A DNA stretch of 63,903 nt, filler included, from Octopus bimaculoides (taxonomy: Eukaryota), in NCBI RefSeq assembly GCF_001194135.2. It is 8 parts of 5 records of this genome, joined end to end, with 100 filler letters (N's around TTAATTAATTAA, not from the genome) between each part and the next. Parts side by side here need not be neighbours in the genome. Positions count along the whole stretch, not along the records: positions 36,011 to 57,751 come from NC_068985.1; positions 57,852 to 61,061 come from NC_068985.1; positions 61,162 to 62,553 come from NC_068983.1; positions 62,654 to 63,903 come from NC_069003.1; 4 more parts are not named here. One strand, 5' to 3'. Below the pieces are notes generated by a model. That model worked only from the letters and a program-made list of their open reading frames with translations. It made no database searches and was not told where the DNA came from. The position numbers and the translations under genes were made by a program. Positions within the stretch are counted from its first letter, which is position 1, and each line of letters opens with the position of its first letter. Below, in pieces: positions 52,113-63,903 of this stretch.

Positions 52113-53540
52113 TAGGTTGTTGGGTAGATGATCTGGTTAAATTATTTTAGATCTGGTTTAATGCAGACTTACAACTGGAATAGCTAGTGTATTTATAATA
52201 TCAATATTAAGATTTGAATTAAGCTCTTATATTAATCTGAATTGTGTATACTACCCTTTGCTACTTTTTGCCTTCTATTTCTATGTGACCTATCTTATCA
52301 GTTTCATCTATTTCTAAATACCCACTCATACAGATAGTTCTGTAAAAATTCTCTGGCTTCAGATGCTTAAATCTAACTTAATGTTTCAAGCTTTAATTAA
52401 TCATTCCCTTCTTAGGCTAACCTAGTCTCATACCATATATATAATCCATACTTATTTTCATATCCCTGATAAATCCATGTACAATTTTTAATAAATTCTC
52501 TGCTTGATGATTGTCTTTTGTACACAGTTTTAAACTATCAAAATACAAACTATCAAAATACAAACTATCAAAATGCTTTGTCCAAAGCATTTAAAGTTTG
52601 ATTCAACAAATCTTTTTAATGAAACCAAAGCTACATAGAAAACAGGTTGGGATAAACTGGCCTGAAAAAAAGATTGCTTTTTTTACAAGAATAGGATTAG
52701 GTTTTTTTTTTTAATATCTTTTAATGTTATTGAAGTCTTCTAGTTTGACTTGGCATGTTTGGCATACTCTCTTAGTATTGAACTAAGTTGTTTATATACA
52801 GTGTATCTAATATCCAAGAATGTGGTATGCTGACAAAGGCTTTTAAGTAATCAATCCCTAATATGCTTAAATTTTGTTTCTCCTCGCCTTTCTCTCACTT
52901 TGTGTGTGTGTGTGTGTGTGTGCATGTGTGTGTATGTGTGTGTGTCTCACTCTCTATCTGTCTCTCTGTTTGTCTCTCTCTGTCTCTTTCTTTCTATCTT
53001 TCTCTTTCTCTGTCTCCCCTCTCTCTCACCCCTCTTTTTCTTCTGTCTTCACTTATTGCTTCTTTTACAATATCTTTCTGTTCTCCAGGCAAGATGTTAT
53101 CATTTTCCAGATGAGCAGCCATCTTGTTGGAGAGTATAGATATCAATCTTTTGCATATAGTTAGTGATATTGGAACCCATTACAGGACACACAGTATATT
53201 TGTGTATGAAAATTAATATCATATGTTCTTCTAGTAACCAGTTGGGTGTTTAGTAAGATCTTTGTAAGAATTCATATGTGCTTGTTAGATATTTTAACCT
53301 GAAACTGAAGGCTTTTCCAATTCTGAGAAGTTACTTGTCACTAGCCATATAGTGACTGTATTTATAGAGTCTCAAGTAGTTATACAAAGTCATGTTTATA
53401 GTACTACTTTGGTTTCTTCTTCCTGCATTTTCTAATCCTTACTATGCTGTTTTTTTACTTATATATGTTCTCCAAATGTGTTAGTATCTCTCTTGTTGTC
53501 AGTGTGTTTTCTCATGCTTTTTAACTGCCCCAGTAAAACA

Positions 53541-53727
53541 TTTTACCTTTTATTTCAGTCATTAGACTGTGGCCATGCTGGGGCGCTGCCTGGAGGAATT
53601 TTAGTTGAAATAATTGATTCTAGTACTTATTTTGTTCTTAAGGCTGGTACTTATTTTCTTGGTCTCTTGCCAAACTGCTAAGTTACGAGGGCATAAACAC
53701 ACCAACAGGGGACAAACACAGGCACAC

Positions 53728-53770
<43 letters not shown>

Positions 53771-53938
53771 ACACACACACAACAGGCTTCTTTCAGTTTC
53801 CATCTATCAAATCCACTCACAAGGCTTTGGTTAGCCTGAGGCTATAGTAGAAGACACTTGCCCAAGATTCCATGAAGAGGGACTGAGCCTGGAACCATGT
53901 GATTAGGAAGCAAGATTCTTACCACACAGCCATGCCTG
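53541..53938 (-). mobile_element. Full-length tRNA-derived SINE (7812 family)
   Basis: Reverse complement of family consensus with internal (CA)n. Confidence 0.85.
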
Positions 53939-54379
53939 CAGGTTCTTGTTGAAGAAGCTCCCACATTTTACAAAATGATCTTATCTGTTTTTATGTCTTT
54001 GTTAGGATCAAGAGCTTGATTCTTTCTTTTGCCTTTAAGCACTTTAACTTCTTGATGCTGTGTCTTTCTCAATATTAATTGTTTTTCGTATTTTTGTTTT
54101 ATTTTTCCATAGACCCCTTTTTTTTATATTTCCTTGATCAAAGTTGACCTGGGATTAAACAGCAACAACTGGCCTGGGTACCCTATCATATATCATGAAT
54201 TTTCAAAATTAAAAATTTTCAGTATGCCATGACCAGTATATGAATATATTTATTACAAAAAATATACTTTAGGAAAATTATGTAAAATTCTTATATACAA
54301 ACAATTTCAGTTGGTAGATATACAGATATGTATAGCAGTGAAACAGTAAATTACAGTAAAGGTGGTCAAAAATTTAGAC

Positions 54380-54700
54380 ATGTTCAACCAACAACATCTA
54401 CAAAGATCTTCAAAATCACAAGACAGAATTACAACTCAGGAAATCTGTAAAGTAAATCCCAGCTACAGCAAAACATAGGATACTGAGTTTCACCTTGAAT
54501 CTAAAGTCTGTGACAACCAGCTATTCAGCATACATTGACTGCAAAGATGTGGACACTGGAGAAAGAAAAATGGAGAAAGAACCATCCCAAAAACACCTGG
54601 CACTGAATATTCCTGTAAGACCCTTAATACACAAGGACCAGTTGTACAGGAGAGAAGAAAACTGAGCCCAATTATGGAGAGACAATCTATGTCTAAGTGA
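54380..54700 (+). pseudogene. Highly decayed RTE-like LINE C-terminal fragment
   Basis: LDMFNQQHLQ...QDRITTQEI and HPKNTW resemble LDxFxxRCLRxI...WQDRxTNEE and GRPKxTW. Confidence 0.5.
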
Positions 54701-55384
54701 GGCATACATACCAGCCTTACAATAGCATCTGAGGAAACTGATGAGGGCCTGGCATTGACAAAAATTTTTTAGTGAAGTTGATGAGTTAAGATAAGTTTGT
54801 ATGTTGTGGGAGAAGAGGAAAATAATGTTTTCGGTAACCCTTAACCTAAGAGAAAAGTTAAAGAAGTCTCTTCCCTTCAGGTAATGTCCAAATCCTAAAA
54901 CATTGGATTCCTCTTCTTCTCATGGCATACCAACAAACTTATCCAGATTAATGAATTTACTGTATGCATATCACATTATCAATGTCCCATTATAGACAAA
55001 CCAAAGCTTAGATCGCCAAAAATTCTAAAGCTAACTTTAATAACACACATTCACACTACTTCAATTCTTGCTTGAGTGATGGTCAATAAATGAAAATGAT
55101 CTTAGTGTATTAATGGTGCTTGTTTTATTAACTCCAGAGAGATGAAATGATGCAAAATCATGTCCAGTAAGGTTTGTACTCAGAAAATAGAAGAGTTAAT
55201 TGAAATACTATAAGCTTTCATTCCAGATTGAGGGAAGGAAGTTCACTATTTTTGCCAAATTTCCAACTCTAAAACTATCATCATCAGCAGCAGTATTAAC
55301 AACAAGCAACAAGTGGGTACCCTAACATATTACTACTAAATAACAATTCAATTAAATTATACCAGTATAAAATTGTCCTTTCAA

Positions 55385-56210
55385 CTATAGACACAATGCC
55401 TGAAATTTGGGAGGAGTGGGGCTAGTTGATTACATTAACTCAATTGGTACTTATTTTATCAACCCTGTAAAAATGAAAGGCAAAGTCAACCTCAACGAAA
55501 TTTGAACTCAGACCGTTAGGACAGATGAAATACTGCTAGTATTTTGTCCTGCAGGCTAACGATTCTGCCATCTCACCACTTTACCTATATCAAATAATAT
55601 TATTTGAATTAGTGGGAGAGTATCTGCTATGCAGGCCACTGAGCGCTAAGTCAATGAATGCATTGATTTAGAGGAATATGAATGCAATAATAAAATGAAG
55701 TTTAATCATTAACACTGAACCAAGAAATTTTATTTTGGAGGAACAAAGAAAATGAGAAGTTATGACATTCATGTCTTTCTCAACTTCATTAATAACATAA
55801 AATGTGAGGACTACAATTAGTAATCCAAATCAAGGACTTGGTTTACTGAGAAGAAAAATAAAACAATAATGATCTCTTACATTGAATATGGCCATAAATT
55901 TGTATTGAAATTTGCAATTGAATTAATCCCAATTCTTAGCTGGTTCAGTTGAATGAAAGACAAAGTATGTCTTGAAATGAAAGGGATATAACTACTTAAT
56001 GGTTTCAAATTTTGACACAAGACCAGCAGTTTTTGAGTAGAGGTAAACTCAATTACATCAACATCAATACTTGACTGGCATTTATTTTATCAACCCCGAA
56101 AGGATGAAAGGCAAGGTTGACCTCAGCAGAGTTTGAACTCAGAACAAACAAAATGCTCCTAAGCATTTTTTCTGGTGTACTAATAGTTCTACCAGTTCAC
56201 TGTCTTGACA
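55385..56210 (-). mobile_element. Two Meta-domain-like SINEs (about 55385-55585 and 56000-56210)
   Basis: ttattttatcaaccc..aaaggatgaaaggcaaagtc/ggttgacct..tttgaactcag. Confidence 0.8.
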
Positions 56211-56930
56211 TAACTAAATAATAAAATCCATTTAATCAAGCACACTACCTTTTTATTCTCTCCACTACTTGATGAAAACAATACAAGTATGTTAGTTAAT
56301 TCTTTTCCATATAAAACACACTAAGAGTAAAGTCCCAGTGTTGCTTGAGTTAATGATAGGAATCTTAGCCAAAATATGTTGCTTAACTTAGTATATATAT
56401 ATAAAGCACACAAAATATCTCATATTGCTTGAGTTGATAAGAGGAATCTTAATGAAAATTTATTGCACAGAATAGACTACATTGTTCTCACCCAGTTCCT
56501 GGATAAACAAACTAAGATATATCATGATATCCTATGTTGTGTTTGTCACAATTTATTATCAAAAATATGGCTGAAGGGAAAATATCACAGGGGAGCAATC
56601 TTTGCATTAAATACAACTATGATAGTGTTTCACATATGTAACACAGTGAGTTGAAACACTTCTATCAACTTGAAATTACATATGCCATTGGTAGACAAAA
56701 ATCTCTCTGGCATAATTATTTAAATCTCAAAAAAAAAAAAAAACAAGGAAGGGAAATAAATCCAATATGATCAATTGATTGAAATTTTTGGATAATGTAC
56801 ACAATATAGACTGGATGGAGTGTATCTAATTGTTAAAACCAATTGGTGGAAGCAACAGACATGCTTCAGTATTATAAGACCTCTTCATTAAAGCATATTC
56901 AACTCAACGGGAGAGACTGAGTGTTCAACA

Positions 56931-56989
<59 letters not shown>

Positions 56990-57694
56990 AATTGAATTCA
57001 AACTAAAATAATGGCTTTTTGATGTAGGTACAAAGCCAGCAATTTTGAGGTGGAAGTGTTTAAGTTAATACCATCAACCCTAGCATTTAGCTGGTACTAA
57101 AGTATAACTTCTGGTCAGTGCTTATAAGAGGAGAAGGATCAGTTGGTATATAAGTTTGGGGCTCAGAGAACCAAGAATTCCCATGAATATATTACAGTCC
57201 CTTCTCCACTACAAGAGAAAACAGTAGCCTTGAATTTTAAGGAGTTTCCATCCTAAGGCAAGGTGTGTTAAAAGACTTGCTCTGCCTTGCTTGTTAAATG
57301 TCTTAATGATAGATCACCAGTATATATGATCACTGCCAAGTATAGTTGCAGTATATTAAAGCTTGTGACATCTTTTATTCCATCCTGTTAACTTCCCTTT
57401 TGATGAGTTCTGCTTTGATGTCAGAAAGAGTTTAATTTTATAAATAGTATTCACCTGTTTGCCAATTAACATCTACATTTCTTCAGTATCTAGCACAGTC
57501 AGCATATAACACAGTGCTTTGCTCTACATTTAAACAGATTTACTGCAATACAAATTTTCAATTTATTGCAAGCCTGCAAAATTTATTCGTCTTACTTTGC
57601 ATGATAATATCATCTAAATCTTTCATCACAGGAATTTTGGAATACTATGAAAATAAACAGCAGATATGGGAAAATATATGCATAAATGAGCAAA

Positions 57695-57751
<57 letters not shown>

Positions 57752-57851
57752 NNNNNNNNNNNNNNNNNNNNNNNNNNNNNNNNNNNNNNNNNNNNTTAAT
57801 TAATTAANNNNNNNNNNNNNNNNNNNNNNNNNNNNNNNNNNNNNNNNNNNN

Positions 57852-60800
57852 AGAGGGAGAAAGGCTAGAAATATGAGAGGGAGAAAGGCTAGGAATACAG
57901 GAGGGAGAAAGGCTAGGAATATAAGATGAAGAAAGGCTAGGAATACAAGAGGGAGAGACTGGTCCCTTAGCTGACCAGTCACCAATTCTCTCACTCTGTC
58001 ACTTCTATTCTAGCCTTGCTACTTACTCTCTTTCTCTCCTTCTCTCTCTTTCTCTCTGTCTCTTCTATTCCTAGCCTTTCTCCTTCCCCTTCATCCGCTT
58101 CCCCTTTCTTTTCTCTGTCGCTCCCTCTCCCTGCTGTCTTTCTCCTCTGCCTGCTGCTGTTACATGACCAGTAGTCAGTTCCTCTTTTTCTTTCTTTCTT
58201 AGACTGGTCATTTAGCTGACCAGCCACAAATTCTGTCTCTCCGTTCTCCATCATTCAAAACATTTTCTAAGTGTTACCCACTATTCTCGTCTTCTTGGCC
58301 CCAAGACCGTATTTGTTCAACTGCTTGTTCTCGTCCACCGTCCTATATCACACTCTGTGTCGTTTTGCTTATTTTGTTTCATTTTGTTTGCTCTTGTTCC
58401 TAATTCTACACAAGAAAAGTGTTGTTCTTTGTGAGCACTACCAATTGGGAAGCATTCAGTCTTATCGTTAAAGGTACGAAACTGAAAAGTATCATTGGTC
58501 AATAACTGATGAAGAATTATGAACTTTCTGTTTGCTCCCTTTGTTTTTATATTCAGTATATGTTATGTCATTTGTTTATACATTTTTTATTTATCAAGTA
58601 ATGGAATGCAGCACACAGAATTTCTATTAAAAAGTAAGTTTTTTTATATTCTTATGTGACTCTCTATCTCCCTCTCTCCCTCTTGCCTTCATTCTTTCAC
58701 CTAGTCTTTCTCTCACCCTGTTACTTCTATTCTAGCCTTTCTACTTACTTCTTCTCTCTCTCCCTCTTGTACTCCTAGCCTTTCTCCCTCTTGTACTCCT
58801 AGCCTTTCTCCCTCTTGTATTCCTAGCCTTTCTCCCTCTCATATTCCTAGCCTTTCTCCCTCTCATATTTCTAGCCTTTCTCCCTCTTGTATTCCTAGCC
58901 TTTCTCCCTCTCATATTTCTAGCCTTTCTCCCTCTTGTATTCCTAGACTTTCTCCTTCCTCTTCATTCACATCCCCTTTCTTTTCTGTCGCTCCCTCTCT
59001 TTGCTGTCTTTTTCCTCTGCCTGCTGCTGTTACATGACCAGTGGCCAGTTCCTCTTTTTCTTCCTGTCTTAGACTGGTCGTTTAGCTGACCAGTCACAAA
59101 TTCTGTCTCTCCATTCTCCATCGTTCAAAACATTTTCTAAACATTACCCACTATTCTCCTCCTCTTGGCCCCAAGGCCGCATTTTGCTCAACTGTTTGTC
59201 CTTGTCCACCATCCTAAATCACACTCTGTGTCGTTTTGCTTGTTTTGTTTCGTTTTGTTTGCTTTTGTCCCTAATTCTATGCAAGAAAACATTTNNNNNN
59301 NNNNNNNNNNNNNNNNNNNNNNNNNNNNNNNNNNNNNNNNNNNNNNNNNNNNNNNNNNNNNNNNNNNNNNNNNNNNNNNNNNNNNNNNNNNNNNNNNNNN
59401 NNNNNNNNNNNNNNNNNNNNNNNNNNNNNNNNNNNNNNNNNNNNNNNNNNNNNNNNNNNNNNNNNNNNNNNNNNNNNNNNNNNNNNNNNNNNNNNNNNNN
59501 NNNNNNNNNNNNNNNNNNNNNNNNNNNNNNNNNNNNNNNNNNNNNNNNNNNNNNNNNNNNNNNNNNNNNNNNNNNNNNNNNNNNNNNNNNNNNNNNNNNN
59601 NNNNNNNNNNNNNNNNNNNNNNNNNNNNNNNNNNNNNNNNNNNNNNNNNNNNNNNNNNNNNNNNNNNNNNNNNNNNNNNNNNNNNNNNNNNNNNNNNNNN
59701 NNNNNAAATATATAGTATTAGAGAAAAGAACCAAGGTTTATGAACTGTCACATATAGAAAAAATTTATAATTAAAAGTACAATAAATAAGTATAATATAA
59801 TACAAAGTAAATATCATAAGATCAAGATAATAAAATGACTACACGTGTTTCATAACCAATTTTCAAATAGAAAGAAATTTATATCGATTAAAATCAATTA
59901 AAACTATCGAAAATCAATTCTATTCAAAAATATAGCTAATCTTCAGGTCAAAATACAACAATGATAATAAATGAATGTATATATCAACCAACAATAAATA
60001 ACAAATAAATGTATATAAAATACTTACTATATAAAGATAGAAAAATATTATTAAATATCAAAATAATAACCATTCCATAATCAATCCTTCATCCATTATA
60101 GAATAATCTAATAAGTATATTATATATAAAAACCAACTAAACAAATTTTTTCGTTTAAAATACAATTTGAACGAAGTTTAAGGCTAAAATAATAAAGATA
60201 TTATTAGCACATATTTAAATGATGCAAAGCTAGGCAATTTATGATTAAAAACATTTATTTATAAGACGTCTAGTGAAAATATTCCGTATAGTATAAGAAA
60301 TTAATATAAAAAGACTAGGTATTTATCGCATAAAACAGTATTAATCGAGAATATTTCAACCTTAATAAAATCAAAGTCTTATATTAGGCTAAAATGGTAC
60401 TCTAATTTCAAAATAATTTAGTGTTAAATGAGGTATTGATTAAAATTATCATTAAAAATCAATTGAATAATAAAAGAATACAAGAATATTTATTTATTCC
60501 AAATAATAATATAACATCGTAAACAAAGTAAAAAATATACTAATCAAAATGTTATTATATTTCAGACTGAAACTTAGACGTAAAAGTCAAAACACAAGGT
60601 TAATTAGAAATAAAAATATGAATGAAAGATTAAGCTTAATATAGCTTAAGTTATAATTAAAAAACCGTTAACGATACTATAAACAAAGAAAAAGGCTAGT
60701 TATTTATATCATAATATAGAANNNNNNNNNNCTAAATCACACTCTGTGTCGTTTTGCTTGTTTTGTTTCGTTTTGTTTGCTTTTGTCCCTAATTCTATGC

Positions 60801-61028
60801 AAGAAAACATTTTTTTTGTGGGCACCACCAATTGGGAAGCATACAGTCTTATTGTCAAAGGTGCGAAACTGAAAAGTACCATTGGTCAATAACTGATGAA
60901 GAATTATGGATTTTCTGGTTTGTCTCCTGTTTGTTTTTACATTCAGTATACGTTATGTCGTTTGTTTATACATTTTTTATTTATCAAGTAATGGAATGCA
61001 ACACACACCAAATTTCTATTAACAAGTA

Positions 61029-61035
<7 letters not shown>
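57852..61035. repeat. Composite repeat cluster: two diverged tandem units, 24-bp minisatellite in both orientations, and an AT-rich island
   Basis: Unit starts at 57987 and 58709; 57852-57958 is the reverse complement of the 58768-58950 minisatellite. Confidence 0.8.
59836..59950 (-). ncRNA. Type I hammerhead ribozyme with very long stem II
   Basis: Minus strand: UGAC-CUGAAGA-U-UAGCUA..UUUUGAAUAGAA...UUCUAUUUgAAAA..UGGUUA-U-GAAAC-ACGU-GUA/GUCA; palindromic loop III; predicted cut between 59840 and 59839. Confidence 0.85.
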
Positions 61036-61061
<26 letters not shown>

Positions 61062-61386
61062 NNNNNNNNNNNNNNNNNNNNNNNNNNNNNNNNNNNNNNN
61101 NNNNNTTAATTAATTAANNNNNNNNNNNNNNNNNNNNNNNNNNNNNNNNNNNNNNNNNNNNAATTATGTTTCTCGACATTTTTCAAATGTCAAGAAGGAA
61201 ATTTTTGTATTTTGCTAGGGCCGAAACTGCCCCTGGGGGCCAATTCCTGCCCTTGAAAATACACACAAATGAAGCCTAGGTGCTTCGCAACAAAATTATT
61301 AAAAAATTCCAACAAAATGTGGACAATAAAAGGTCAAATAAACGTTTACCTTCGCAGCCGATGTGACAGCACGTCCGTGAGAAGAA

Positions 61387-61417
<31 letters not shown>

Positions 61418-61851
61418 TATAGATAGATAGATAGATAGATATACATACGTACGTATACACACGCACACGAACAAGTACATGCATATATATATTTATATAA
61501 AGCATATATATGTGTTTCTTATGCATATGTATGTATGCGTGTGTGCGTTTTTGTGTATATTATATTATGGAAATATATAAGTACTCAATACACTCTTTCG
61601 ATAGAAACATACAGTATATGTTATGCGCTTGTTTATATATACAGTAAAAATGATTATATATGCATTTTTGGCGTAATGTTCACATCGGCACATCGTGAAT
61701 ATATTATGTTTAACTTAAAGAACAGAAGCAGGAAGCTTGGAGAAAAGATTGAGTGAAATCACAAATTCTAATGAATATATTAACTCTGTTACGTATATTG
61801 TGTAATATTTCTTGACCAAATGTATATACATTTGTGTGTGTGTGTGTGTGT

Positions 61852-61892
<41 letters not shown>

Positions 61893-61894
61893 TA

Positions 61895-61925
<31 letters not shown>

Positions 61926-62150
61926 GTATAAATGATGACAACTATAATTAACAGTTGGAATAGCTGCACGTGTTTCCGCTTTTTTCTATGTTGTATGTGT
62001 GTGTGAGTGTGTGCGTGTGTAAGTGTATGCGTGTGTAAGTGTGTGTATGTGTGAGTGTGTTATATTGAAACATTCATGAAGCTAACATTTATCTTATCAG
62101 CTCTCCCCATTTTTTCTCTCTCCTTAGGCATAATACATCTAAATGTATAT

Positions 62151-62181
<31 letters not shown>

Positions 62182-62508
62182 CATGCATAAATATATATAT
62201 ACTTGAGTGTGTGTGTGTGCGCGCATACACACACACACACAACGAAGATACATGTACGTTTCCAAATCCAAACAAAACGGTAGTGGTAATCATCTTTTGT
62301 ATATGTTAGGAGGCGAAAGATATTGAGATGGAGAAAGAGATACACTAGTGTGACATACGACTTGATGAAATTCTTCTAATAGCAGCTCCCTTTCCTCATA
62401 TGACTTTGACAGCTTACCATTCTTTCATGTCAATTGGAATACATACATACTTACATTCATACGTACATACATACATACATACATACGTATATATCTATCT
62501 GTATCTAC

Positions 62509-62553
<45 letters not shown>

Positions 62554-62653
62554 NNNNNNNNNNNNNNNNNNNNNNNNNNNNNNNNNNNNNNNNNNNNTTA
62601 ATTAATTAANNNNNNNNNNNNNNNNNNNNNNNNNNNNNNNNNNNNNNNNNNNN

Positions 62654-62667
62654 CGCTCTTCCGATCT
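62654..62667 (+). other. Illumina adapter remnant CGCTCTTCCGATCT
   Basis: Exact match to the adapter 3' end, at the first base after a gap. Confidence 0.9.
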
Positions 62668-62862
62668 AGGAGACCAGCCCTTATTAGTCAGTATGACACA
62701 GGAGGGACCTTTATCCTTTATTCGTTTATGAATGTACAAGATATAAGCTGCAAAGGTGCATGGCTCAGTAGTTAGAGCATCAGGCTCGCAAATCATGAGG
62801 TAGTAAGTTCAATTCCCAGACTGTGCTGTGTGTTGTGTCCTTGAGCAAGACATACATGTATG

Positions 62863-62901
<39 letters not shown>

Positions 62902-62926
62902 AAATACATACATACATGTATGTATG

Positions 62927-63008
<82 letters not shown>

Positions 63009-63709
63009 CATACACACTCTCAGTTCCACCGTTAATAAATCGTCCAGTCAATTTGTGCATATGAAGCTGCATAGAATAATAGATCTCTTAATTGAAAAAG
63101 ATGTGTGAGCATAAAGGAGGGCATAAGGGCATCCAGCTGTATAACAACGTCGTCTAAAATGACATATCCATCTAACCCGCACAAGCGAGCGGGAAACAGA
63201 TGTAAAACAAACAAAATACATGAACGTCCACACACACATACATACACATACATGTACACACACACACACACACACGCACAAACACATACGCATACATACA
63301 AACATACATACAAACATACATACAGATACATACATACACACATACATTCATGCACACTTATGTACCAACAACACACTCATGCATTTATATGTAAGCATTA
63401 GTGGAAAGCAAACAGCCAATGGCTGTTTGTTCATTAGTGCCACTTTAACCAAAAGCTTATAATCTTCCAGATATTCAAGATATCTGTTGTAGGAAAAAAA
63501 AAAACAAAACAAAAACCAATACCATTATTTAGCTGTCAAATTACAAAGTACCAAGACCATTGATACCTACTTGACAACCAAAAGCATTGTACAAGTGCCT
63601 CTCTCACCGATGTTTTATTACAACAAGTGACATATTTAATTAAGAATACAAGAGCTCTCATGTCATCTCCTCTTCTTTTTATTATTTATTTTCATTTTTA
63701 ATTTTTGGC

Positions 63710-63861
63710 TGCGCAATAAGAAGTTTATTCCATAACCACATGGTTCCAGGTTCAATCCCATTGCCTGGCACCTTGGGCAAAAGGCTTCTGCTATAGCCCT
63801 GGGCCAACCAAAGTCTTGTGAGTGGATTTGGCAGATGGAAACTGATAGAAGCCCATTATAT

Positions 63862-63903
<42 letters not shown>
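63710..63903 (+). mobile_element. 5' half of tRNA-derived SINE (7812 family)
   Basis: accacatggttccaggttcaatccc..ccttgggcaa..gtgagtggatttggcagatggaaactg then (TA)n. Confidence 0.85.

Larger units (their letters stand above)
49350..52190 (+). pseudogene. Decayed L1/Tx1-type LINE ORF2 (APE plus RT), interrupted by a VNTR and a mariner
   Basis: GKSVVWDVNDSKGSAF, LVAVYEP, GYWKL, VSVYADDITILV; NSIV|GCWVDDLVKL continues across the mariner. Confidence 0.8.

Noticed and set aside
45168-53133. Plus-strand exon candidates at about 45168-45272 and 53089-53133
   Set aside because: Acceptors are good but donors are weak, several frames are open, and no protein family was recognised.
59706-60721. Plus-strand frame with only 2 of 14 TGA codons; with stops recoded it shows faint rpl22/rps3/rpl16-like words, suggesting a parasite organelle or ciliate gene
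   Set aside because: About 33 TAA/TAG in frame, as expected by chance; the key conserved motifs are absent; a complete minus-strand hammerhead explains the island more simply. A recoded tblastn/HMM search would settle it.
59706-60721. Mitochondrial insertion (NUMT)
   Set aside because: No recognisable rRNA, tRNA or open mitochondrial reading frame found.
62755-62850. tRNA gene
   Set aside because: A/B-box head runs into the SINE core ccttgagcaagac; no acceptor stem.

Overview
AT-rich, gap-ridden animal genomic DNA, most likely an octopus. This is an inference from the tRNA-derived SINE families, RTE tails and dense (TA)n/(TATG)n/(CA)n microsatellites. Most listed ORFs are microsatellite or N-gap artefacts. 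Supported content: many SINEs; two mariner copies with TIRs and TA duplications; several MITEs; decayed Tx1/L1, RTE and R4/Dong-like LINE fragments; one convincing host exon (38089-38307, minus, reduced SUEL-lectin-like domain); and a likely start exon of another gene (25722-25760, minus). The most interesting signal is not in the ORF track. At least seven type I hammerhead ribozyme motifs of Penelope-like/retrozyme type are scattered through the window, three with complete core and stems. Four have a long stem II closed by a symmetric U-U or A-A mismatch, and one sits on the axis of a 233-bp inverted repeat. Assembly artefacts (TTAATTAATTAA pads, an Illumina adapter, duplicated contig ends) are also present. 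All structures were read by eye; nothing was computed or searched.
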